Of a stretch of 64,000 nucleotides of DNA, positions 14,713 through 27,730 are shown in pieces; position 1 is the stretch's first letter; each line of letters starts with the position of its first letter. Source of the DNA: the human T2T-CHM13v2.0 reference genome, Homo sapiens; the NCBI RefSeq assembly GCF_009914755.1, contig NC_060927.1; one strand, 5' to 3'. The position numbers and the translations under genes were made by a program. The notes below the pieces were generated by a model. It was not told the origin of the DNA and searched no databases. It was given only the letters and a program-made list of their open reading frames with translations.

Positions 14713-15131
14713 TGTATTAGTCCATTTTGCATTGTTATAAAGACCAAGACCTGAGACCAAGTAGTTTATAAATAAAAGAGGTTTATTTGGCTCATGGCTC
14801 TGCAGGCTATGCAAGCACAGCACCAGCATCTGCTTGGCTTCTGGTGAGGCCTCAGAAAACATTTGCTCACGGTGAAAGGTTAACAGGGAGCAGGCATGTC
14901 ACACAGCAAGAGGGAACAGGAGAGAGAAGGGAAATGCCACACTTTTTAAACAATCAATTCTCACATAAACTAATTAAACGAGAACTCACTTATTACCAAG
15001 GGGATGGCACCAAGCCATTCATGAAGGATCCACCTCCATGACCCAGACTCCTCCTACCAGGCCCCACCTCCAATACTGAGGATCACATTTCAACATGAGA
15101 TTTGGAGGAGACAAACGTCCAAGCTATATCA
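14713..15131 (-). mobile_element. Solo MSTA/MSTB MaLR LTR
   Basis: tgtattagtccattttgcattg…caacatgagatttggagg…ctatatca; TSD GGGAC/GAGAC. Confidence 0.88.
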
Positions 15132-17630
15132 GAGACTAACGGCATGATTAGGTCTACTCATGTGTGTTTGAAAAATTACCCCAAGGTAGTATTAATTTTG
15201 TGTTCAAAGTTAGCTTGAAAGGGACTCTGGAGACTATTGTCCTTGGACTATTTATTTTGCATATTTTGACAAGAATGGATGCTCTCAAGGGAAGTCTTTG
15301 CATATGACAACAACATATAGCAATTCACTTAAGCTTCAGCAGAGCTGGCCTTTGAAGGGACACTCTCCAGATGGGTAGGGCAGGCATTCACCTCCATCTT
15401 GTTTAGCCTCACCTGTACATTCTCCTTGGGATGACTTTCCGTAATCCCCAAGTCCGCCATCACACCACACCCCAGCTCCCAGGATTACTTTTCTATGATG
15501 GCAATAAGACAAAGAACAGCTGGCAATGGGAAACAGACCACTGAGCAATGTAATGGAAGCCTACTACTGCTTTCCTCATAGTGGGAGACCACCAGTGTGG
15601 TAAGAGCACACAGACATACACACACACCCACAAATTAGTACCAGGACATTGTGTCCTGTTAAACTTACTACAACCATGCAAAGATCGATATTATTAACCC
15701 TACCTTAGAATTAAGGGAACTGATCATCAGAATGGTTAAGTAAATTGCTTAGGGCCACAGGGTCACCAGGCAGCACAACTGGGATTCCTGCCCTGGGTCT
15801 CCTAACTCCCAAGCTTCTAGTCTTTCCTCTACCGCACATCTGAACACAGCCGGGGACTGTCTTCACTCCCCACAATGCACCACTCTCTCTTTGTCCTTTC
15901 TCTGCCTTCCTCTTCTCTTTCTCTCATTCCCACTTTCTTTCCTTTTTTATTATCTGCTCTTTGAATTATTCCATGCCTCATACCTATTCAGGTTTAGGCA
16001 GGTTTTGTGCCACTAGATTTCTTAAGGAGAGGCTATGGGCTGATCCCTGCCTTAGAAAATAATGTTCATGTTCCTCCAAGAGCAAAACTGCTAGGTATCC
16101 CAAATACAGTTGGAAATGACCCAAATTTTAGTGTTTGTTCCATTTTCAACTCCATTGGGACAAACAATTGTCCTATATTTAAAACTGGAACTAGGGTGTG
16201 GAGGGTGTATATGTGTGTGTGAGTGAGAGAAAGAAAGAGAGAACATGCAAAAACCTCATTTCCTGATTTTATCATGGAAATTGCCAGGTCAATCATATTT
16301 TGTTCAATCAGCATTCACAAAGCATGACCTCTCTCACCCAACACACACCTACTATCATATACCAATAACCTCTATCTGTAGCACTGACATCTAGAACCTC
16401 AATATTATCATTCACATCTTGCATGTTCATTTTAACCTTTATAACATTCCTATCTGATAGGAGTAAAAAATGTTACCATTCCCATTTTGAGTAATCAATA
16501 AATCAGAGAATGCCAGTCATTAAATATATATGCAATTTTATTTCCAAGTCTCTAAATCTGGAGTCTCCTGGCTTCCAGGCCAGCTCTCTCTAACCTCACA
16601 ATCCTCCTTGACAACACTGCTAGGAGGAAAACTAGGTCCCCTGCCTTCTTATTCGGGTGTTTTTACAGCTGAAATTCACATCCTTAAAAAGGAGGGAAGT
16701 TGACATGGAAATAATTTATTCTCCCTTTAAGTAAAACAAGGAAAAAAGGAGTAGGAAAATAAAAAGACAAAACCTCCTACCACTTCAAATGCAGCAAGAT
16801 GACCAGCTTCATGCCTAACAGGGAAATAGTTATCTACAATTATAGAGAGCTAAGGAATCTAAGAGCAGAGGTCTCAGTGTTCCTCCAGCTCGACCCCAGC
16901 TCCACGCACAGAACCTCTGGCATGTGATGACATTAGTGACTACAATCGTCACTAAAATGTTCACTGAGCGCCCTCTAAGTTGCAGGTATTTTTCTTAGGA
17001 GTTTTGTATGTTTTCTCTTGTTTACTATCTACCACCCTAAAAAGGAACTATTATCATAGCATTCTACAGATGAGAAAAGACATTATTGCTTACCCTTAAT
17101 TTTCATAATAGTCCAAAAAGATTGCTGTTACCATGATTGCCATTTTAGAGATGATGAACTGAGGCTCAGAAAGGTCAAGTGGCTTGCCCATGGTCACACG
17201 GGTCTTCTGATATGGAGCCTGCAGCTCCTTCACAGTGCATAACTCAGCAGCCCAGAAAATGCCTTCACACCCTCCTCCCATTTGACCATTCGTCACAACA
17301 CATTTAAGATCAGACCCTGACGGTGACATTCTGCAAATAAGTTCAACATTGGGTGTTGTTGAATCTCAGGGAAGAAAGGCCAGCACTGACCCCTGAGGAT
17401 ATCCACAGTCAATAATTCAAAATGTAGGCATGAATTTGTCACTAAGCCAACTTAATCCTCAAAAAAAAAAAGAAGTTTCATAAGAAGAGAATCTTTAAAA
17501 GAGAAACAGAATTGATGGCTTAGGAAAGGTAAAGTTACGGAAACGGGTTGTAAATCCTGATCATAAATTAGGGCTGAAAGGAAGAGGATTTTTGATTCAG
17601 TCGCTGAGTAAACTGTCTTATTGGATACAC

Positions 17631-17649
17631 TGGCACCACCTTGTGGTGA
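17631..17649 (-). promoter_or_regulatory. Candidate CTCF binding site
   Basis: Minus strand TCACCACAAGGTGGTGCCA resembles the CTCF core CCASYAGRKGGCRS. It lies in apparently non-repetitive DNA. Confidence 0.4.
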
Positions 17650-19859
17650 GAAGCAGGAACTCACAAAGTACTACCTGTTTGGCACCACGTATAGTAAAAC
17701 ATACCCTTGCTGTGGAGGTAAACAATGTTGGATACAAATCACAAGGCTCCAGAATTTCATCACCAGAGTGATGATGGCTACTTTGACTAAAATAGACTAC
17801 TTTTGAAAGAGCATGTTTGTTTTATCCCAGAGAGGGCAAAATGCAAAATGAGGCCAGTCCTCTGGTGCATTTCAAGGGTATCTTTATTGATGAATGCGAA
17901 AACCTAATATTGAGGTATGAGAATATCTCACATTTGTGTAGCATTTTTCACATACATAATTTTATTTTATTATCAAAACAACACTATGAGTTAGGCAGAC
18001 AATATATTGATCCCATTTCACAGACAAGGAGAGAGGTTCATTTGTGATAAGCATTAATGTGAAGTTAATTGTGAAGCTTCCAGAGAAAGCTCAGTAGTTA
18101 CTAAGCCTTCTCAGGAACTGAGAATATTGTAAAGATGAGTATGCTGAAAAGGTAAAAGAGTTAGAATCAAGAGTCAGTCAAACAAATGATCCATTCACTT
18201 CTAAATAACTTCTAAGCAGTTGATTTCTCAGCAAAAGTGTGCTAGAGTTCAAAAGTAAATAGAATCGTGGCACCAAATGCCTGATGAAATAGGCAGCCAC
18301 AATTGTCTGGACCACTGAGCCAGGCCCATGCCATGCCCATGTGTTGATTCATCACTAAGTCCTTCAGGGACAACATGTTTACATAGAAAATACTTTTGCC
18401 AAGCTGGCCTCATCACACTGCAGTTGAAATAATTACATCATCCAAATCAGACCACCTCACCCCATCCCCAAACTGTCCAAAATCTGCTTGTAATTTCTTG
18501 TGTGAGCTCCTGTCCACAAAACATCGGAGACCTTATTTTCATTCCTCTGTTTGGACTGAGCCAAGGAACCTCATTTAGCAAAGAATAGTTCTATATGCAA
18601 TCTTCCTGCTAGGCCTGTGGCCTGGTTCATGGTGGAATGACATGCATTTGGCAATTTTTTTTGACTATGCTTTTAGTGAGAGCTGTGTCAGGGATGGGGT
18701 GCTCACCTGTCCCATTTGAGAGAGGGCTTACTTGATGTCTTATTTTTGTGTGATATCATGAGACATTTGGAGGCTCGTGTGTTCATTAAGCATTAACTCA
18801 TTGATCTCAAATGTCAATTCACCAAATCTATGATAAACATACGTACTATAAAAAATTCATACGTTAATCTTTTCTGCATTTCTAATTATTTCTTATTAGA
18901 TTTTTTTGAAGGAAAAGGTGTAGAGCTTGACAAATTATTCTAAATTTTATTTGGAAAAATGAACAGATAAGAACATATTTTTTAAATACCTTAAAAGAAG
19001 AATGGGGAACTTTTTCTTCAGGATATTAGTTATTCCAAATATTTTTCCTGTTTATTATTTGCCTTTTAATTTGCTGGTGAAGTTATTTGACACAGATTAC
19101 TAGAATCAGAGGATTTAGGATAATTTTTGGCTAAAGATCAATATTCTTTTTTCCTTGCTTTGCCCCAAATTAATTAATAGGTTCTTTTTTAAAGGCAGTG
19201 ATTGAAAGGCCCAGATACCTATCAGACATATTTTTAACAAAGTTCCTTTATTCTCTACTCAAGATAACATTAAGAAGTCATCAGATATCACTTCTCCTTG
19301 AACTGTTGCACAGACCTGAGCCAAAGTGAAGACATATCTGCGCGCACACACACACACACACCCCACATACGCCACATGATAGTTGTTTAGGTGCAACTAT
19401 ATTCAAGTGATATGACCTGGTCCCTTCATCTCTCCCTTGAGAAATCATAGCCCCCATTATACTCCAGATGATTGACAGTTATCACATTCAATCACTTTTT
19501 CCTTTTGTCATCTAGATCTCCACGAAGTGGGCTTCCCAATCTCTAAACAAGATTTTACAAAGTAGTCAATATGCAAACATTTTGATGACATAATATAAAG
19601 CTAGTGAACATCTTAAGAACTCATTCTCTTTTCCACTGTTATAACTCATATATATGTATACATATACACACAACACATATCACACACACATATATATGTG
19701 TGTATATATATATATTTCTAAATAATAAATTAGACCACACTGTTCACAGATGAAGTATATGTTTTCCCATAGCAAAGACTGAGAAACCTATTGGCATATG
19801 GTAGCAAGACTACCTGAGGGATCCTGAGAACTCCAGGTCAAACAATATTAAGAACATGA

Positions 19860-20710
19860 ATGAATGGAAGACATCTCAAAGAATATTTTTGATATATTTG
19901 TTTCTAGTTTATATGTCAACAAATAAGAAATCAATAATGAATATATGAAAATGCCACAGGAAAATAGAGAAAAAAACATAGACAATTCCAACAAACAAAT
20001 AAAAGTGACTGCTAAAACCACAGCGCCCATCACTAGTAGCTGCTAAAAATATGCTAAATAAAAATAATTATAATTAAGGTAATGGAAACTATATCAGCAA
20101 CGAAATACTTTTTTGTCTCTATCAGGCTGGAAAATATTAAAACCATGAAAACATTATAAAAATGCCCTATTGTCCAATAGCACGTATATATTTTATACTG
20201 CAATTGCCCACGCCACCCATTGTGAAAACACTAAGACAATATGCATTAAACATCTTAAAATTTTTATACTCTTTGATTTAGTAATTTCAATTCTAGATAA
20301 CTACCCTAAGGAAATCATCAGAAATGCAGGCAAATTTATGTGCAAATATGTTTATTATAGCATTATTTATTATAGTAATAAATGGAAGCAATAAAAATGC
20401 TCATGATAGAGGACTGCTTAAATAAATTAGAGGCCATACATACATGCATATCATGGACTGTTACACAGTCATTAAAAATTACATTCACAAGGAATTGGAA
20501 TGACATGGGGAAATGCTTACAATGCACTCAATAAAAGAAGCAGAATATACAGCTATTTATATAGCACAATCATCATTTTTAAAGTGAGTTTGTAGCAAAG
20601 AAAAATAATTAAAAAGTATGAAACTGTGAACAATATATAAGATTATAAGTGATTTTTATTTCACTCTTTATAAAACTTGTTTTTCCAAACTTTCCATAAT
20701 GATCATTATT
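19860..20710 (+). mobile_element. Old L1M (L1ME-like) ORF2 end and 3'UTR
   Basis: …tactctttgatttagtaatttcaattctagataactaccctaaggaaatcatc…tggaagcaataaaaatgctca…gaatgacatggggaaatgcttac. Confidence 0.65.
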
Positions 20711-22557
20711 ACTTTAATAATTAGAGATATATTAATTTAAACTACATTCCATTCACGGCCCTGGAAAACCTTTGCTCTAGCCCGGATTGTTTCCTAAATA
20801 CATCAGGCATTTCCAGATCCCCTTTTTTTTCTGCTTAATATCTGACTGCTTGGAAGGCCTTACAGGAACTTGAAAATCAGTTCTTCTAGGTGACATTCTT
20901 TGAAGCCCTGAGTAAGAATTGGTTGTTTCTTCATTTTTATTTTAAAACCACTTGATACTTGGCTGTAGGATGCCATTTACTAAATTAATTATAATTATTC
21001 ATTTATGTGTGTGCTCCCCCTGTTGGACTTTGAACTCTTCAAAAGCCCTGGGTCTTAGAAACCCTTAAATCTCCAATATCTGGTACTATTCCTAGCAAGC
21101 CATAAATATTAAATACATGCATGAGTGAATGATAAATGTATGGAACAATGGATGGATAGAGGGAAACCTACAAATTTTCAAAAGGTGATAGAATCTAGAA
21201 GCTAAGGCATCTTCAAGTTGTTTCCTGTATTTGGATGTGTACATACTACAAACGACATACAGGAAACAGTATGTTGAGCATTCCTAAGACAAGTTGAACT
21301 ATAATTAGCTTATAATAGAACTGAAATTTTTCTAGTTGAAACAACAAATCTGTTATCCTACTTTGCAGTAAATGGCTTTCTATGAAGGACACCCACACGC
21401 TTTTTTATTATTAAAAACCATTCCAATAAAAGATATGCTAAAAAATTATTGTAATTTCTGCTAATTAAAAACTAATTAAGTCATTTGCTGCATAATACAT
21501 GTACTCTACTTGCATTATCTATAAGCATGCTCTTCACTTACAAATATTTGTCTCCATTTCATTAAAGTAATTAAACTGCTCCAAGTATGGTTATTTTTAC
21601 AAGCATTTTATAGCCAACTCTCAATTTTCCGTACGAATGGAGAAGTATAATTGAAATATTTAAAACTGAATAACAGATAATACAGAACCTCCCTGTAGTT
21701 CTTCCCCTCCTCCAGTTTAGCAAACAACAAAAGCAACCATGCTGAGGTTTAACTCAGCTCCCTTCCCTCACGCCCACTCTGGTAGCCTATACAGAAAATA
21801 ATTACACATAAATAGTATGACTGTATTCATGCACTTAGGCCTCCTTCCCACCCCCACCTCTCAACACTCTCATTTTAATGTATGTTAAGGCAAGATGGAG
21901 GAATGTGCTAGCCTACTTTACCAGGGAAGAGAGACCATCCCCAAATCAATGACAAAATTAATTGCACTCTGTCTCTCCTACCACATTGCTCATGCTTTGT
22001 CCCTGGCAATTATGACAATTCCTTAAGTTCCTAGAAAAAGAAATGCTGCATAAAGCAAAAATTCTTTATGCTAAGAATTATAATGGAGATTCTGAGTGAA
22101 GGTGTCAGCGTGCACGTCACAGTGTGCTTGGGTGCAGCATTTTTTGCTATTATAAAGGAAAGCAAATTATGTGGAGGATGCATTCTTCTTCCCAAAATGG
22201 GAGGGAGCATAATTATGAAGGGGCAGAGAGTAAATATAAATTGGATGCATCTAATTACATATATTTAGAAATGTGACGAGAAAACATTTATTGCAAATGG
22301 GTTGACAATCTATCTTCCATAATAGGCATTTGTTGTGGATAAACAGAATAGAGCTCTTCTAACTCCCTAATTCTGGTTTTTGCCTAAGTGTTAGAGGCTG
22401 CAGTGATGCTGCCTGTGAGAGGAGAGAAATGGTGCCAAGCAGAGAAAGCACCATCCGCAGAGGCAGAGTTACGCAGTGGGGACAGCTATGAGGAGAACAG
22501 GGAGGGAAGGAGGTGGTCAGGGAACAAGCTGGTGCATAGGGCATAGAGATTGATCCC

Positions 22558-22868
22558 AGCCTGGGCACGGTGGCTCACTCCTGTAATCCCAGCACTTTGG
22601 GAGGCTGAGACGGGCAGATCACCTGAGGTCAGGAGTTCGAGACCAGCCTGGCCACCATGGAGAAACCCCATCTCTACTAAAAATACAAAAATTAGCCAGG
22701 AGTAGTGGTGGTGCATGCCTGTAATCCCAGCTACTCAGGAGGCTGAGGCAGGAGAATCTCTTGAACCTGGAAGGCAGAGGTTGCAGTTAGTCGAGATCAC
22801 ACCATTGCACTCCAGACTGGTCAACAGAGCCAGACTCCATCTCAAAATAAAAATAAAAAATAAAAAAA
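22558..22868 (+). mobile_element. AluSx-like element
   Basis: Full dimer with atcacctgaggtcaggagttcgag; degenerate TSD gagattgatccca/aagattgattcca. Confidence 0.93.
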
Positions 22869-23696
22869 GATTGATTCCAAGGGCCTGGAAACTGCAGTTG
22901 TGCTACAAAACGGATAACAGATAGATAGATAGTGGTGGTGGGAGGAGTGCTGGTGATAGATATGCAGATAAAAGAAAGAATATTTGTTATACACACGTAG
23001 CGCATAATAAGTATTTAATAAATGTACTAAGCACTTGAGGTCCTCAGAGACAACATTTGGTTCCTAAGGTTAAAGACACAAAAGAAGTTGTTGGACAAGA
23101 GGCAGGGGGAGGTGGTTTTATTGTTTTGTTTCATTTTGAATACAGGCCTCAGAGGCAGTACCCAAAATGTGTTCAGAAGGCTTGAAACAGAATTAAATTC
23201 AGACCCTGCATGTTAGATGGCATCTCCTTTATTCTGGACTTTCCCCTGCTTTAAATTTTATTGGATTTTAATCGGAGACCATCTGATGAAATGTTCTGAA
23301 CCTAGATTAGAATGTAGCGTGTACAACAGCTGAATGAGAGGGAGGACAGTGGAATCACATAATGGAATATAAAATAGATTTTAAAAGCAATAAAACTGCA
23401 GCAGGTGGAGGGGTCTCCTGAGGGTCAAGAAGAAGCAGGACTGTTGAGGCGCTCTCTCACTGCCCAGAGAAAGAGGAATCCATCAGTCCCTCCCTGGGAC
23501 TGTGCCCAGGATGTGCCCATCCTACCCAGGGCACAGGAGAAAGGAGAAGCAGAGCCTGAACTGGTTTATGCAAATAAAACTGAACAATATTATAAAAAGA
23601 AATAGCCAGAGTACCCAAGGACCCAAGGCAGGCCCTTGACTTCTCCAAAATTCATGATGAGAGACAATGGAGACGAGTTTTGCTGTACCAATTAGA

Positions 23697-24350
<654 letters not shown>

Positions 24351-24689
24351 GGCACATTCTTCAGAATTTATAATAAAGTTATCCACATAATTATAAGACA
24401 AGAAGGTGAGCAACAAGTTAACCAGCAGAACTGAGAGTGACGTGAGGAGGTGTGGGGAGTGGCTATCATCTGGGAGTTCAAGAGCGAGTCCACAAACAGA
24501 AAACAGCACCAGGAACCCTCCCTTTGGGGCATCCAGTGCATGCTTTAGGGCAAGCAAAGATACCTAAGGAGTACATCTGCCTGAGTAGATTTTTTTTTTC
24601 TTAAAACAAATCCCATTACACTGTTTTATTTAATGGAATAATTTTACGAGCCATTTTCACTCTGCTTGTTCTCCCTCACACCTTCTGCC

Positions 24690-25540
24690 CACATCCCATT
24701 ACCAAGTCCTGTTGGCTCAGCCTCCAAGATCCATCCTCTCATGCATCTCCTTCTCCCATTCCCAATGCCATCATCCTAGTCCTAGCTGTTACCTTCTCTC
24801 ACCTGGGCCACAGCAACTGTTTCCTAGCTGGTGTCCCAATTTCTGTCTTGACCCCTAACATCCATTGTCTATTCCACAGCTAGCCTAGAAGTTCTTCAGA
24901 AGCTTCTCTTTGCATTCAGAATAAAATCATCACTGAAGCTGCGAAAGCCCAACAGGATCTCATCCCTACATCTTTCTTGAACCTCATCTTTCTCTCTCTG
25001 TGCTCCAGCTACACCAGTTTTCTTTAGTTTCTCAAATACACTAAGTTTGTTCTCACCTCAATGTCTTTGTCCATGCTCATTTTTCTGTTCTTTGCCAGAC
25101 ATAGCGAGCCCCACTCTTCCTTTAGGTGTAATCCTAAGTATCACCTTTCCAGAGAGAACTTCCCTGCCCACCTAACCTTGAGTAGATCCCTCTCCAGCCC
25201 CTCGTTCTTCCTTTATAACATATATTATAATTGGCAGTGATTTTACTTTGTTTGTGTCTTTCTCTTCCATTATAACACTGATTCTCAAAATGTGGTCCCA
25301 GACAAGCAGCACCAGCATCACTTGGGAAACTCTGAGGGTAGAGCCCACTGCTGTTTTCTCAATGTGTCCTAGTAAGTTGGTGGATGCTGAAGTTTGAGAA
25401 CCACTGCACTGGACTGTAACCACCACGGGTGTAAAAACTGCATCTGTCTTTTCCATCATTATATGCCCAGCTCCTAGCTCCTAGATTTGGGCATATAGTA
25501 GATACTTGGTAACATTTTCCTCAAATAAATAGATAAGTGA
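24690..25540 (+). mobile_element. L2 3' fragment with a MER5A inserted at ~25277-25405
   Basis: ccaagtcctgttgg…ttctctcacctgggccacagcaac…; L2 end gcatatagtagatacttggtaacattt…aaataaat; MER5A ttctcaaaatgtggtccc…agtttgagaaccactg. Confidence 0.7.
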
Positions 25541-27254
25541 GTCCCATGAGGCAAGCAATTCACATTTCCCAACCAGTATCCCATCCTAGTATACTTACAA
25601 GAGCTCTATTTGAAAGAGAAATCTCACAGAAACTTGGCTTCCAATGGTGGAGTTCTAAGCAGGCTTCAGAATAGAGAATCCATTATAGGGGACAAGTTAG
25701 AAATTGGAAGACCAGGTAGGAGAGTGTTGCAGTGGTCTGGCTGAGCGATGATGATGGTGGGAACTAGAGTGATGGTGGTGGGAACTAGAGTGATGGTGGT
25801 GGAAATGGAGAGAAGGAGGTAAATTTCAGGATGGATCTCAGAGTCTGAGCCACCAGGACTTGATGATGACTAGTCACAGGCAAAGGGGTGTGAAGGAAGT
25901 GCGGGGTCAGGAAAGGTATAACCTGCGTGCAGGTGGTGAAAACGGGGGAGCGCAAGTATACTGGGTTCCAAGCAAGGAAAGTGGGCAATCAAACAAATCA
26001 GCAGACTGCGTTTGCTTAAGAATGGTCAACCTGGGCCCTTTTCTCTCCCTCCTTATGGGCCCTTTTCTCTCCCTCCTTAACTCGCTTCCATCCCACCATC
26101 CCAGAAAACACATGCAAAAAGTAGATATTCTAATGTAACCCAAAGATGAATATGTGGAAGAAATCAAAGCACATTTAGTGGCCTCACATGTTTATTAATG
26201 TGGCTGAGGATGTTGCAGCTTGTACCGGGTCAATGGCTCATTCAGGTCACACAGCTGCTGGAGGCCAACAGGACCAAGCCCCAGTCTCCCACCTCTCAGT
26301 CTGTTGGAAGACTTGCTTTATTGGATGCTCTGTGGGAAAAAAAGAAAAACTCCAGGGTTCAACATGTTTGGAAATGCTGCAAGCAATATGCCCTCTAGAG
26401 AGTTTCAGTGGTGGACATTATATTAAGGCTACAAAAAGTCTTCCATCGGAGAAACACGTTTAATCCAGCACTCTGCAAACAGCTTTGGCCATGGATTCCC
26501 ACTGGTCCACAGAGCTTCATAGCATCTATTAGCACCCTCAGACTATATATACTAAGCATGAGCCATAGGAAAAAGAAGGATATGTTAATCCCAGTTTGAA
26601 GGTTATGCCTGAATTTTTCGTATGCTCATAGAAGTCCTGGTATCTTTGCCATGTTTATCCACATCTGGAAACCTTTAAATGACTATTTTAAACAGCTAGC
26701 TGGGCTCGTTTTGAAGGTACTTGGCTAACACCAAGGGAAAATAACATGGGAAGCCCCACTGGGCTGATGCTCTCATAAGGTATTCCTTAATGCTTAGGAT
26801 ATGGGCTTCCCAGGCCTGATCCATGGTGACCTGCACTCAGAAGGTCTCCCCTGCCAGCTTCCCTTTTCTATTGTATGACCACAGCTTGCACAGAAGCCCC
26901 TGGTGTGGACAAAAGGAACTGGCAAATAGTGATGCATATCCCAGGGGTGGTAATAGTGATGCATAGCCCAGGGTGATCAGGCAAGGCTGCCCACCAGGAC
27001 AACGAGGGATGGGGGATAGGGACCAGTGCTCAGGAGTCCCATACCTGGAGCCATGGGGACTTGGGTAGGCTTGAGGCAAAACTCGGAGACCTGGAGGAGA
27101 TCTCCCAGAAATATGAGATTCTGAAAGAAGGGATTTCTGGGAGGGGTGCACAGGCCTAGGATCTTCCCAATGGGGAATGGCCTGGGAAGGACACTGGGAG
27201 CTTCACTGGGCTGGGTCATCCAACTGTGTGGCAGGGAACAGTCAGAAGAGCTGA

Positions 27255-27730
27255 AGCTTTAGAATTCATACAGACCAGTGTCCAAATGAGCAAGCTTCTC
27301 ATGTTTTAGCTTCATAACTTTAGACAAATTACTGAATGCCCCCGAGCCTTGGTTTCTACGTATGTAAAAAAGACACCATAATTTCTGCCTCTCAAAATTG
27401 CTGAGTGGTTTAAATCACATAATGTGTATGAAAACACTGACAGATAATAGAAGTGTAACCAAACACAGGTATAATTGTAATAATTATTACAGTTGTTCAT
27501 TGAGCATTTATAATGTGCTAGGCACAGGGTTAAGTACATGAAGAGACATTAGGTTGTTTACACCTTCTCGGAACCCTCTGAAGTAGATACTCACACAGCT
27601 CTAATTTTATAGCTGAAGAAATTGAAGCCCAGGAAAGCTAAGTTAACTTGCCCAGAGGCACGCAGATAGAAGGCAGTACAGCTGAGATCAGAATGCAGAC
27701 AGTCTGAGTACAGGAAATATTTTCTACTCT
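27255..27730. mobile_element. Two MIR fragments in opposite orientations
   Basis: ctttagacaaattactgaat…gagccttggtttct (+); attttatagctgaagaaattgaagcccagg…taacttgcccagaggca (-). Confidence 0.6.
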
